Shown piece after piece: positions 1 to 9,980 of a DNA stretch of 64,000 nt (positions within the stretch are counted from its first letter, which is position 1; every line of letters begins with the position of its first letter). A model generated the notes under the pieces. It saw only the letters and a list, made by a program, of their open reading frames with translations. It searched no databases and was not told the DNA's origin. The translations under genes were made by a program, and so were the position numbers. Origin of the DNA: Vulcanimicrobiota bacterium (GTDB taxonomy: Bacteria; Vulcanimicrobiota; Vulcanimicrobiia; Vulcanimicrobiales; Vulcanimicrobiaceae); NCBI GenBank assembly GCA_963723515.1, contig CAVRQT010000002.1:32001-96000 (forward strand). The letters run 5' to 3'.

Positions 1-771
1 CGCAAAAATACGCAAGAGGAGCGGTTCCATGCGACGTGCCGCGCGCACAGCAGTGCTCGTGAGAGAGCTAATGCGAACGCCGATTGCCTCCTCGATCGGT
101 GGCGCGGCTTCGCGGGGCCGGCTTTCGCTCAGTTCGCTCATCGGTCCAAAGGCGACAACGCGTTCTTGCGGTTGAAGCATCTGGCTCATCTGAAAATTTG
201 TCTGGCCGCCGACGGAAATGATGCGTGATTTCAAGCGTCTCTCGGCATCTTCAATCGTGAGATCCACAATGCGAAAATCCGCCGCGGCGCGTTCCGAGAA
301 GCCGAGCAACGGTCCGTCAAAATCCGGAAACTGCAGCGCAAAGAAACACGCCGGATCGATCGATGCGCCGGCGTACGTCGCCGCTGCGTGGGCCGAAAGC
401 GAAACGGCCGAACAGTCCGGGAGGTTCTGTTCGAGTTTTCGCGCCAGCGTACGGTTGAACTGACGCAGCACGACGCGGATCTTTGGATTGAGGTCGCGCG
501 CTTTGAGTGCGACTTGCAGGTTCAAACGATCTTCTTCGGCCACCGGCATGATCGACGTCGCGTGCATGACGCCGACGGTCCGCAGCGATTCGTAATCATT
601 CGGAGGCAAGCCGACGAAGGCGGCGCCGACGCTCTTTGCCCGCGCGGCTAACTCCTCGTCTGCGTTCCACAAAAGAACGACGTCATGCCCGCGTGTCGAA
701 GTCAACTCTTCGCAAACCCGCAGGGCGAGTTCATCACCACCAACGACGATGATGAGAGGCAACTGCGCCAT
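1..771 (-). CDS. TrkA-N/RCK (NAD-binding) domain protein, probable K+ channel/transport component; runs off the window edge
   Basis: Not in the ORF track. My translation from the ATG at 771 reads MAQLPLIIVVGGDELALRVCEEL...AEEDRLNLQVALKARDLNPKIRVVLRQFN, which is an RCK-N pattern. The frame is open to position 1. Confidence 0.7.
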   Translation of the reverse strand, partial: MAQLPLIIVVGGDELALRVCEELTSTRGHDVVLLWNADEELAARAKSVGAAFVGLPPNDYESLRTVGVMHATSIMPVAEEDRLNLQVALKARDLNPKIRVVLRQFNRTLARKLEQNLPDCSAVSLSAHAAATYAGASIDPACFFALQFPDFDGPLLGFSERAAADFRIVDLTIEDAERRLKSRIISVGGQTNFQMSQMLQPQERVVAFGPMSELSESRPREAAPPIEEAIGVRISSLTSTAVRAARRMEPLLLRIFA

Positions 772-773
772 AC

Positions 774-1412
774 ATGAAATCTTCGTCAGCAAAGCAAGCG
801 ATCTTTCGTGAGCCGCATCCGCTCGCGCGCGAGCTGCTGGAACGCATCCAACGTGGATCGCGCGTGCTCGAAATCGGTCCCGGCAGCGGGCGAAACTTTG
901 CCGCCTTGATCGCAAGAACCGACCTTACCGCAATCGAGTCCGATCAACGCCGAGCCATTGCGCTACGCGCGCAATTTCCGGATCATGCAGAACGCATTTT
1001 GAGCGGATCCTATGCGCAGATGCCGTGCTCGGATCGACGTTTTGACGCGGTATTAAGCAGCCATGCGTTTCTGCATGGAACGCCGGCGCGAATCGCTCGC
1101 AGTTTGGCTGAAGTCGCTCGCGTCACAAAAGAGCGCGGGTTATTCTATGCAACTTTCGGGTCACGGCGGGATCGGCGTTTCGGAGAAGGTCAGCAGATCG
1201 GGACAAACACGTTTGCTCCTACCGAGGGCGATGAAATCGGCGTCCCGCATTCATACTTCGCGACAGCCGAGCTGCGCTCGTTGTTACGGCATTTCACGGT
1301 CGAACGTCTAGAGGAAGTCGAAGTGGACACGATCGCCGGCACCTGGGCGCACACGCAAATGCCGCTGCAGGGTGCCGTGCACTGGTTTGTCGTCGCTCGA
1401 AACGAGCGTTAA
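774..1412 (+). CDS. Class I SAM-dependent methyltransferase
   Basis: Motif I VLEIGPGSGRN and post-II FDAVLSSHAFLH. Start uncertain. Confidence 0.8.
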   Translation: MKSSSAKQAIFREPHPLARELLERIQRGSRVLEIGPGSGRNFAALIARTDLTAIESDQRRAIALRAQFPDHAERILSGSYAQMPCSDRRFDAVLSSHAFLHGTPARIARSLAEVARVTKERGLFYATFGSRRDRRFGEGQQIGTNTFAPTEGDEIGVPHSYFATAELRSLLRHFTVERLEEVEVDTIAGTWAHTQMPLQGAVHWFVVARNER

Positions 1413-1414
1413 CT

Positions 1415-2212
1415 TCAGTCGGATCTAGCCGGGTTCGTCGAAATCAGGTCTTGCATCGGGCTCGACGCGTTCGCGTAGAGCCGCTTCTCCATGCGACCAG
1501 CCAAGTACGCCGCACGACCCGCCAGAACCGCATGGCGCATCGCTTGCGCCATCAATACCGGATCCTTTGCCGCCGCAATGCCGGTGTTCATCAGCAGCGC
1601 ATCGACGCCTAGTTCCATTGCGATTGCCGCATCGGACGCTGTCCCGACGCCGGCATCAACGATGACGGGGACCTGCGTTTGCTCGCGGATGATTCGGATC
1701 GAATACGGATTGCAAATCCCAAGCCCACTTCCGATCGGCGCAGCCAGCGGCATGACGGCGGCGCACCCGATCGCTTCCAGCCGCTTGCAGAGCACCGGAT
1801 CGTCGCCCACGTAAGGCAGCACGGTAAAGCCGTCTTTGACTAAGGCGTCCGCTGCAGCGATCGTCTCCTGACCGTCCGGATGCAGCGTCTGCCGATCGCC
1901 GATCACCTCTACCTTGATCAAGTCGCTTTGCAGCGCTTCACGGGCAAGCTGCGCGGTTAAGATTGCATCCTTCGCCGTAAAGCAGCCAGCCGTATTGGGC
2001 AGGATCGTATAACGCGACCGATCGATGTGATCGAGCAGCGTCTTTCCGGATGGATCATCTAAATGAATGCGGCGAATCGCGACCGTCACCATCTCCGCGC
2101 CGCTGGCCGCGTGTGCCGCACGCATGACGTCCAACGACGAATACTTTCCGGTGCCGACGATCAGCCGCGATGTGAAATGATGAGCGCCGACGCTCCAGCC
2201 TCGGTCTTCCAT
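1415..2212 (-). CDS. thiG: Thiazole synthase
   Basis: [47 protein letters not shown]. Confidence 0.97.
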   Translation of the reverse strand: MEDRGWSVGAHHFTSRLIVGTGKYSSLDVMRAAHAASGAEMVTVAIRRIHLDDPSGKTLLDHIDRSRYTILPNTAGCFTAKDAILTAQLAREALQSDLIKVEVIGDRQTLHPDGQETIAAADALVKDGFTVLPYVGDDPVLCKRLEAIGCAAVMPLAAPIGSGLGICNPYSIRIIREQTQVPVIVDAGVGTASDAAIAMELGVDALLMNTGIAAAKDPVLMAQAMRHAVLAGRAAYLAGRMEKRLYANASSPMQDLISTNPARSD

Positions 2213-2412
2213 TATCCCCCTGCCACCGCGCGAATGATTTCGATGCGATCGCCCTCTTCAACGCGCGTGGCGTTATGGTCATCTCGGGTAACGACGCGCT
2301 CGTTGCGAGCAACTGCAGTACCCTTCTCCGGCACTTGCATCACTTCAAGCAGCCGTGCCACCGTCAGACCTTCGGCGACCTCGCGTTCTTCGCCATTGAC
2401 GATCAATCTCAC
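2212..2412 (-). CDS. thiS: Sulfur carrier protein ThiS
   Basis: Start moved to GTG at 2412 ([10 protein letters not shown]). C-terminal [12 protein letters not shown]. Abuts thiG. Confidence 0.95.
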   Translation of the reverse strand: MRLIVNGEEREVAEGLTVARLLEVMQVPEKGTAVARNERVVTRDDHNATRVEEGDRIEIIRAVAGG

Positions 2413-2428
2413 AACGAATAAAGTTCGG

Positions 2429-3565
2429 TTAAAGCGACGCGTGTTCCGGCTGCGCGCGTTGCAAAGCAAACAAGCGAAGTGCGTCGTTGCTCGTTCCGCT
2501 TACGGCATCTGCGATTAAGGTCGCAGTTGCCGGAGCGAGCAAGATGCCGTTGCGAAAATGCCCCGTCGCCAAGTAGTAGCGTTCTAACGGCGTCGGTCCG
2601 ATGAACGGCTTGCGATCCGCGCTTGCAGGTCGTAAGCCGGCCCACGTTTCCGTCAATGCGAAATCGTTTAGCGCCGGCACCGCGCTCAGCGCTGCATCGA
2701 GCAGCGCGCGAATCCCCGCCGCAGTCACGCGCACGTCGAAGCCGCACTCTTCAACAGTCGCACCGATCAAAAGACGGCCGTCATCCCGCGGAACGAGGTA
2801 TGCTCCTGGAACCCATACGGCGCGCCGAATCAACGCAGCCGGAACCGCAAGCGCGAGCATCTGACCTTTTATCGGAAAGACGGGCGGTACGCATTCTTTG
2901 GGCAAGCCCGCAACGCGCGCCGCCCAAGCGCCGGCCGCATTGATCACCGCGCCTGCGGCAAAGAATCCGTCGTCGGTGGCAACACCCAGCGCTTTGCGTT
3001 CATCGTGCCGAACTTCTACGTGCCGAACGGGCGCATGAATCGCGACGCCGAGCGCAAGACAGGCTGTCGAAAGCGCACGCCCCAGACGCCGATTGTCGAC
3101 GTGTCCTTCGTTTTCCATGAGAATCGCCCCGACGACGCGTTTGCCGAAAACGGGCTCGGATTCGATCGTTTCACGATGATCGAGCACGCGAACCGCATAT
3201 CCGCGCTGTTGCAACATCCGGCCACGCGTTCGAAGCGCTTCAAATTCCACATTCGAGAATGCGGCGTAGAGCAAACCGTTGAGTCGAAGGTGCGGATCGA
3301 TGCCGGACTTCGCTGCGACCTCCCGTGCGAACGTTGGATAGGCGCGCAGCGATGCTTCGCAAAGGTCGCGCACATCTTCATCGGTGATCGTCTCCGTTAG
3401 CGGGGCGAGCATGCCGGCGCCCGCCCACGAGGCGCCGTGCGCGGGTTCGGCGGTGTCGTAGACGCGCACCGTCGCGCCGCGGGACGCTAGTTCGAACGCG
3501 ATGGAAAGGCCGATAAGTCCGGCGCCGACAATTGCAACGTCAGGAGGTTCGGATAAGCGCTTCAT
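2429..3565 (-). CDS. thiO: Glycine oxidase ThiO
   Basis: GAGLIG FAD motif, ASWAGAGML, WAGLRP, ATGHFRNGILLAP. Upstream of thiS-thiG. Start taken as MKRLSEPPDV (3565). Confidence 0.93.
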   Translation of the reverse strand: MKRLSEPPDVAIVGAGLIGLSIAFELASRGATVRVYDTAEPAHGASWAGAGMLAPLTETITDEDVRDLCEASLRAYPTFAREVAAKSGIDPHLRLNGLLYAAFSNVEFEALRTRGRMLQQRGYAVRVLDHRETIESEPVFGKRVVGAILMENEGHVDNRRLGRALSTACLALGVAIHAPVRHVEVRHDERKALGVATDDGFFAAGAVINAAGAWAARVAGLPKECVPPVFPIKGQMLALAVPAALIRRAVWVPGAYLVPRDDGRLLIGATVEECGFDVRVTAAGIRALLDAALSAVPALNDFALTETWAGLRPASADRKPFIGPTPLERYYLATGHFRNGILLAPATATLIADAVSGTSNDALRLFALQRAQPEHASL

Positions 3566-4088
3566 GGAGTCCGTGATTTCGATCGTTTCCGTTTTCATCG
3601 CGCTCGTAACGGTCACCTTATCGAGCATCTTGCTCAGCCGTCAGATCAAGCACATGGAGCGCGAACGGAATGCGCTGGCAATCCTCGCCGCGATCGACCG
3701 GCTCGCCGACGAAAAGATGGTGCGCGTGTTCACGCAGCTGCAAGGAGTAGAAAAGCGCTATCCAACCGACGACGATCTCGCGCGAAAATATTCAAACTCC
3801 GAAGATGAAGCCGACTTAACGGCGGTTGGACAATATGTCGAGACCGTGGCGACCCTTGCCCGGCGCGAAGTGATCGACGCCTCGCTCATCGTCGATGCCG
3901 TCGGCCTGATGATTCGCACGCGCTGGAAGATTATTCGTGACTTCGTGCGTCATCTGCGGCGCTTCTACGACAATGGCTACATGTTCGAGAATTTTGAGTG
4001 GCTCGCGAGATACAGCGAATGGTGGAAAGAAATTCCTCGCGAGCAGAATCCGAACTACGACCCGTCGCGCTGGCCTGACGTCGCATAA
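3564..4088 (+). CDS. Hypothetical protein with N-terminal membrane anchor (DUF4760-like)
   Basis: ATG at 3564, hydrophobic N-terminus, then helical body ending in FENFEWL. Family assignment is from memory of the pattern. Confidence 0.6.
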   Translation: MESVISIVSVFIALVTVTLSSILLSRQIKHMERERNALAILAAIDRLADEKMVRVFTQLQGVEKRYPTDDDLARKYSNSEDEADLTAVGQYVETVATLARREVIDASLIVDAVGLMIRTRWKIIRDFVRHLRRFYDNGYMFENFEWLARYSEWWKEIPREQNPNYDPSRWPDVA

Positions 4089-4100
4089 GCGGTTAAGTTC

Positions 4101-5757
4101 CTAAAGACCCGTGTAAACCGGTCCTTCGCCGCCCTGCGGCGGCACCCACGTGATGATCTGATACGGGATCCATGATGTCGCACGTCTTACAGTGCACGCA
4201 GTTCGTGAAGTTGATCTGCAAGCGGCCCTCGATCGAACCGTCCGTCCGCTCGAAGAGCGGTTCATAGACTTTGGCCGGACAGAAATATTGGCACGGATTG
4301 CCATACTCAACCGTGCAGCGATCGCGACAGATGTTCGTGTCGCTGACATGCAGATGGCATGGCTGATCCTCTTCATGCATCGTGCCGCTGTTGTAGACGT
4401 CCGTCAACTTATCGAAGGTTAAGATGCCGTCGATCGGCGCGCGCGGCGCTTCCGGCGGCTTGTACCCGGCTTTCTTCATCCGTTGATATCCGGCTTCGCC
4501 ATGTAAACGATCGCGAACGCCGAAGCCACGGCCGCCGCTGACCATCCCGAGCGCGACGTTGAGCATGCCGGCAATCATGCCGCGTTCAAAACCTTGATGG
4601 AAATTGCGAGCGGCGCGCAATTCGTCGTAAGCCCAGGACCCGCGAAAATCATCTTCATACTGACGAAGCACCTCAGCGTCGCTGCGATCGTTTGCAATCG
4701 CATTGTACGCCGTTTGCGCGGCCAGCATGCCGCTCTTCATCGCCAGGTGAATCCCTTTGAGGCGCATGCCGTTCAGGAAGCCGGCGCTGTCGCCGATCAG
4801 CATCAAGCCGTCGGCGTAAAGACGCGGCATCGCATACAGCCCGCCTTCGGGAATCGCCTTCGCACCGTAACGCAGTAGCTTCGCACCTTCGAGCATTTCA
4901 CGAACCGCGGGATGCATCTTAAACCGCTGAAATTCGTTGTGCGGATCGGTCGTGGGATCGCGGTAGTCGAGCCCGGTGACGAAGCCGACGTCGAGCACGT
5001 CGTCCGCCATGCCGTAAATGAAGCCGCCGCCGAAGGTATCGGAGCGCAATGGAAAGCCAAGCGTATGGATGACGCTTCCGGCTTTGACCGTGCCGGGCGG
5101 ACACTGCCAGATCTCTTTCACGCCGGCCGCATACACTTGCGGCTCTTTCCCGGCGTCGAGATTCAGTTTCGCAGTCGCCTGCTTGGCGAGCGTTCCTCGC
5201 GGACCCTCACCTAAAACCGTAATCTTGGCGAAGAGATCAGCGCCTGGTTCGTAGTTCGATTTCGGCTGCCCATGGCGGTCGACTCCCTTGTCACCGGTTC
5301 GCACGCCGATGACGCGATCGCCATCCCACAACAACTCTTGACCGGGAAAGGCGGGAAAGACGTCGGCGCCCGAACTTTCCGCAACGTCGCCCATCCACTT
5401 CGCGACTCGCTGCAACGAGCAAACGTATTTGCCTGCATTGTTCATCATCGGTGGGACAATCGGGGCTGCGATCTTGCCGCGCGTCGTCAGAAACCACAAG
5501 GCGTCGCTCGTCACTTGCGATTCGATCGGCGCTTCGCGCGAACGCCAATCAGGCAGCAATTCATCGAGCGCACGCGGATCCAAAACGGCGCCCGAAATCC
5601 CATGGCTGCCGATGTCGGCACCTTTTTCGATCACCATCACGGAGATCTCGCGACCGTTTTCTTGTGCGAGCTGACGCAGGCGAATTGCGCCGGCCAGACT
5701 TGCTGGACCACCGCCGACGAAGAGAACGTCGACTTCAAGCCTATCCCGTTCCGGCAT
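4101..5757 (-). CDS. Electron-transfer flavoprotein:quinone oxidoreductase (frameshift near 4166)
   Basis: VGGGPAS, RLKGIHLAMKSG, and 4Fe-4S motifs FCPA and NCVHCKTCDI. The canonical C-terminus (DPYQIITWVPPQGGEGPVYTGL) lies in another frame ending at 4101. Confidence 0.92.
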
Positions 5758-5762
5758 GCTGC

Positions 5763-6602
5763 CTAGTTCGTTGAGTTCGAGGACGCCACCTTAGCAAGCA
5801 CGCTCAGCGCACATTGCACCGCCGTTCGATGCATGCCGATGCGGTCGTCCCTGGGACGTGCGCCGGCACTTTCAAGCGTTAGAGCGAAGCGGGCTGCACG
5901 CCGGGCCATGTACGCAGTGAACGGCAGTCCGCGTTCCCTGAAATAATTGATCTCCGATTCAATGTCGACAGTGATGCGGCCGCGCTCTAATCGCGCATCC
6001 GGAACCAATCCATCTTCGTATCCAAGGTCGAATTGCGGCGTCAATGCTTGCAGCGGAAAGCCGGCTTGAGCGATTGCGTTAATGACTGAATCGCTCAAGG
6101 CGTGTTGATCTGGCTTCGTCGGTTCAAAACAGTAAAAGCCGCTCGCATCGAGATCTTCATGCACATCGACTGATGCAAGAAACCGGCGGTCGCGATTGGC
6201 CGTGATGATCGCCTTCGACTCCGGCGTCGAACCGGCGCCGGTGAAGCTGCGGTTGATGTCATCGCCGTCCGCATTGGCGCGTGTGTTGCTCCGATATCCC
6301 GTCGGATTGATGCACGGCCAGATCCGATACGACAGCAAGGGGTGCAATAATCCGCTCTCGACGATGTTCAGCAATGCCAATGGCGCAGCCGGTTCGTTGC
6401 CGTGCGTCCCTGCCGCAAGCATCACGCATGGGAGGCGGACGTCGCCAACTTCTGCCGCTAAGAGCGTGCGCGCGGAGCCGACGCAGGCGACTTCGCGCAC
6501 CGTGACATCGTGCGTGCGCCGAAGGCGCTTCCACGCCTGCTCGAGTTCTTCGTAATCCGACAGGGTGTTATGCGCGCCAGTCGAGCATCGCCGGCCACTC
6601 AT
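5763..6602 (-). CDS. M14-family metallocarboxypeptidase / succinylglutamate desuccinylase-like
   Basis: GTHGNE, INPTG, NADGDDINRSF, VDVHE zinc motifs. Start uncertain (ATG 6602 or CTG 6563). Confidence 0.8.
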   Translation of the reverse strand: MSGRRCSTGAHNTLSDYEELEQAWKRLRRTHDVTVREVACVGSARTLLAAEVGDVRLPCVMLAAGTHGNEPAAPLALLNIVESGLLHPLLSYRIWPCINPTGYRSNTRANADGDDINRSFTGAGSTPESKAIITANRDRRFLASVDVHEDLDASGFYCFEPTKPDQHALSDSVINAIAQAGFPLQALTPQFDLGYEDGLVPDARLERGRITVDIESEINYFRERGLPFTAYMARRAARFALTLESAGARPRDDRIGMHRTAVQCALSVLAKVASSNSTN

Positions 6603-7815
6603 CGGGCGCAAAGATGGCTTTGGATTTGATCGCTTCGACGTACTTGCGTTTGCCGGCCATGTTGCCTTTGCCCAGCAGCAACCCCCCGGCAAGTCGACCC
6701 TTCAAGAAATACAACGCGCGATAGCGTTTCGTTTCCGGTTCTAACTTGCGAACCGTCTCCAAGTCGTCGCGGTACTCCGGCGAAAGACCGAATTGCAAGA
6801 TCGTCTGTTCGCTGAACAATTTACTCGAATACTCCGGAACGTCATGGTATCTGCTGTCACCGCCGGCCATATTGATCGCGACGACTTTGCCGTGGGCGCC
6901 GGCATTATTCCACGTTCCCATCCGATAGCGCATCTCCAGAATCGGGTCGTAAAAATCCGCGACATCGCCGGCGGCGAAGATGCCCTTGACGTTCGTTTCC
7001 AAACGGTCGTCGCAGACGATGCCGTTGCTGCTGAGCTCGACGGACGTTCCTTGCAGCACTTCATTATTGAGCGCCAGCCCCAAGCCGAAGCCGAAGCAAT
7101 CGCCTTCGATCTGCTTGCCGGAAGAGGTGATGACTTTGGTGACGACGCCGTTGCTGCGCGCCAAGTCCACAATCTGCTCGCCGTAGTGCATGTGGACGCC
7201 ATCTGCGCGCGCCGCTTGATCCACAAGATCGCCGGCATCTTCATCGAGCATGCGGCGCAAAAAGCGAGGACCGCGCATGATCCAGTGCGTCTCCATGCCG
7301 CGTGAGGCGAACGCCTCTGCGAGTTCATATGCGATGAACGATCCGCCGACTGCGATGGCGGCCTTGGAGCGCTCCAGTTGCTCCGAAATCGCCAACGTAT
7401 CGTCCATGTATTGAAAGTTATAGACGTTCGCGGCGCCGCTTGCGCTCTCGTAGGGCGGCAGATGGGGACGGCCGCCGGTTGCGACCAGCAGCGCATCATA
7501 CGGATAGGACTTACCGGCGGCGCTGACATAGCGCTCCTGCGCATTGACGCTTTCGACGCGCGTGCGCAAGAACAGCGCGATGTTGTGCTTCTCGTGCCAT
7601 GCCTCATCCCGAATGATCACCTTCTGTTGGGTGACTTGTTTGCGAAGCAGCGGCGGCAACGCGATGCGATTGTAGAGCGTGTATGGCTCGTCCGTGAACA
7701 GCGTTATGGAGCAGGCAGGGTCGGCTTTGCGCAATTGTTCCGCTGCGGTCGTGCCGGCAAAGCCGTTTCCGACGATCACATACCGCCGGAAGCCGTTCGA
7801 TTGCACGCCGTTCAA
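6568..7815 (-). CDS. NAD(P)/FAD-dependent oxidoreductase (ferredoxin/rubredoxin reductase-like)
   Basis: VGNGFAG, YDALLVATG, VGGSFIAYE, IFAAGD. Confidence 0.88.
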   Translation of the reverse strand: MNGVQSNGFRRYVIVGNGFAGTTAAEQLRKADPACSITLFTDEPYTLYNRIALPPLLRKQVTQQKVIIRDEAWHEKHNIALFLRTRVESVNAQERYVSAAGKSYPYDALLVATGGRPHLPPYESASGAANVYNFQYMDDTLAISEQLERSKAAIAVGGSFIAYELAEAFASRGMETHWIMRGPRFLRRMLDEDAGDLVDQAARADGVHMHYGEQIVDLARSNGVVTKVITSSGKQIEGDCFGFGLGLALNNEVLQGTSVELSSNGIVCDDRLETNVKGIFAAGDVADFYDPILEMRYRMGTWNNAGAHGKVVAINMAGGDSRYHDVPEYSSKLFSEQTILQFGLSPEYRDDLETVRKLEPETKRYRALYFLKGRLAGGLLLGKGNMAGKRKYVEAIKSKAIFAPDEWPAMLDWRA

Positions 7816-7884
7816 CCTGCTTCTCGCCCTTCGCCACCTCGAAATGCGCTCCCGCCACGCAAGTCGAACAGCATCGCGTTGGAA

Positions 7885-8226
7885 ATGGAAACGCGACTGG
7901 TTCAGTTGCTTGGTTCGTTCATCGGCGTCACCGCCGATTACGCGCTTGCGCGGCTCGAGCTGGCATATCGCTATCCGTCACGGCTCGTCCCGCCGATCAT
8001 CGATCGACTGAGCGATGCATCAGCGGATACCTTACGCGACCACTGGGGCAGCGTCGAAGCGCAATTGGAGGCGGCAATACGCTACGTGAAACAGATCGAG
8101 GCGCTTTCCAGTACACCAATTCGTTCCGATGCCGCCTTCGGGTGGCTGGAGCGCAGCGTCCGCGAGCTCGACCAATATGCTCGCGCGGTGCGCTGGGTTC
8201 TGACCGTCACCGAACGCGGCCCTTAG
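7885..8226 (+). CDS. Hypothetical helical protein
   Basis: METRLVQLLGSFIG... fills the gap divergent from the reductase. TTG at 7879 is an alternative start. Confidence 0.6.
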   Translation: METRLVQLLGSFIGVTADYALARLELAYRYPSRLVPPIIDRLSDASADTLRDHWGSVEAQLEAAIRYVKQIEALSSTPIRSDAAFGWLERSVRELDQYARAVRWVLTVTERGP

Positions 8227-8280
8227 ACAGGCTGTAGGGTGACAGGAGCCAACCCAATGGCCACGAGGAGAATATGAAAA

Positions 8281-8643
8281 ATGAATAACGAGTTGATCGA
8301 CAAGGCGCTCAAACACGCGCGCGAGATGCAAAAGAACATCGGCGATGCAGTCAACAAGCAGCGTGAAGCGATGACGCCGCTGATCACTGAGTCGCTAAAG
8401 AACGCGCAAGAGCTGCAAAACACGCTTGCCAAGCACGCCCAAGAGAGCGCTGGCATCACGAACGAGCAGACGCAACGGGCCATGGGCCACGTGCAAAAAT
8501 TCATGCGCATCGGCGCGGACGCAATGCGTTCATCGGCCGATCAAATGCGAACGCAAGTGCAGCAGATGATGGATCAGTCAAAAGAAGCGGCTAACTCAAC
8601 TGCTGAGGCGGTCGGCAAAGAGCCGGAGGATGTTAAACCTTAG
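8281..8643 (+). CDS. Hypothetical amphipathic helical protein (phasin/LEA-like composition)
   Basis: GAGGAG ribosome-binding site upstream. Q/E/K/A/M-rich, no Cys, Trp or Tyr. Confidence 0.7.
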   Translation: MNNELIDKALKHAREMQKNIGDAVNKQREAMTPLITESLKNAQELQNTLAKHAQESAGITNEQTQRAMGHVQKFMRIGADAMRSSADQMRTQVQQMMDQSKEAANSTAEAVGKEPEDVKP

Positions 8644-8807
8644 GGGTTCGTCAAATTTGGGCCCTTTTCAGAATTGGTGCGAATTTTGATCGAAGACGAG
8701 GCGCGACGAGGGAGCGAAGCCGGAGCTTCGTGACCGATGGCGCAACGAAGTATTCGGACAAAAGGCACCCCAAAGGCGATGAGGAGCCCAAGTTTGACGG
8801 ACTCCTA
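8641..8807. mobile_element. 167-bp palindromic MITE-like element
   Basis: 22-bp terminal inverted repeats TAGGGGTTCGTCAAATTTGGGC / GCCCAAGTTTGACGGACTCCTA (19/22, the other three G-U compatible), TA at both ends, non-coding interior. Confidence 0.6.
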
Positions 8808-9980
8808 ACCGTGCAGCCCTAAACCGACCATCATTCGAAAGCCGACGTCGAGCGCGCGTTCATCGATGTCGAAGCGCGCATTGTGGTGCGCGAACGATGT
8901 TGCATCGTTTCCCTTTGAGCCGACGATGAAGTAGGCGCCGGGGCGCTGCTCTTGCATAAACGCCATGTCTTCGGCCCACATGACGATGTCGTGCTCGACG
9001 ACCTTGTCGTCTCCAAGCATCTGGCGGCCAACGTCGCGCACGATATCATTGACGGCTGCATCGTTGACGGTCGGCGGATAGCCGCGGCGATAATCCAGCC
9101 GGTATTCGACGCGCATTGCACGCGAGAGTCCATCGAGAATTCGTTCCATGCGCGCCGGCATCGCATCGCGCACCTGCGCATCGAAGGCACGCACGGTCCC
9201 TTCCAACTCGGCTTCGTCGGGGATCACGTTGAACGTCGTTCCGGCCTGAAATTTTCCGACCGTAAACACGGCCGGATCTTTCGGCGCCACCTCGCGGCTA
9301 ACGACGGTTTGCAGCATCGTGACGAAGTAGGAAGCCGCGGCGATGGGATCGATCGCCCGATCCGGCATCGCGCCATGTCCGCCTCTGCCGTAAAACATCA
9401 GCTTCCACTCGTCGGCCGACGCGAAGAATGCCCCGTCGCGAACGCCGATCTTGCCGACCTCCAAAACGCTTGCCATGTGCAGCGCGAAGGTGCGATCGAC
9501 GTGCGGGCTCTCAAGCGCACCGGCTTCGATCATCTGCCGGTTGCCGGCATAGCCTTCTTCTCCGGGCTGAAAACAGAACACGAGCGTGCCTGGAACTTCA
9601 TCGCGGCGACGCATGAGCTCACGCGCTGCCGACAGCAGGATCGCGACGTGAGCATCGTGCCCACACGCGTGCATGACGCCGTCGTGCGAAGACCTGTAAG
9701 GAACCTCGTTCAGTTCAGTGATGGGCAAGGCGTCCATATCGGCACGTAGCAGCGTGACCGGTCCGGCCCTGCCGCCTTTGAGCGTTGCGAGGACGCCCGT
9801 CTTGGCGACGCCGGTTCGCAGATCGTCGAGTTGCAGCTTGCGCAACTCACGTTCGACGTAGGCCGCTGTTTCATGCTCGACCATCGAGCGCTCGGGATAT
9901 TGATGAAAGTGCCGCCGCTCCTGAACGAGCGCGTCATGCGGCACATCAAAGTTGCGCCGCAAGTGATGCAAAACCGTCAT
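8805..9980 (-). CDS. M20D amidohydrolase
   Basis: RADMDALPI, MHACGHDAH, FQPGEEG, GGHGAMP, AEDM. Confidence 0.92.
   Translation of the reverse strand: MTVLHHLRRNFDVPHDALVQERRHFHQYPERSMVEHETAAYVERELRKLQLDDLRTGVAKTGVLATLKGGRAGPVTLLRADMDALPITELNEVPYRSSHDGVMHACGHDAHVAILLSAARELMRRRDEVPGTLVFCFQPGEEGYAGNRQMIEAGALESPHVDRTFALHMASVLEVGKIGVRDGAFFASADEWKLMFYGRGGHGAMPDRAIDPIAAASYFVTMLQTVVSREVAPKDPAVFTVGKFQAGTTFNVIPDEAELEGTVRAFDAQVRDAMPARMERILDGLSRAMRVEYRLDYRRGYPPTVNDAAVNDIVRDVGRQMLGDDKVVEHDIVMWAEDMAFMQEQRPGAYFIVGSKGNDATSFAHHNARFDIDERALDVGFRMMVGLGLHG

Noticed and set aside
3566..3700. TPP riboswitch upstream of thiO-thiS-thiG
   Set aside because: The region is coding on the other strand and has no CTGAGA...ACCTG-type core.
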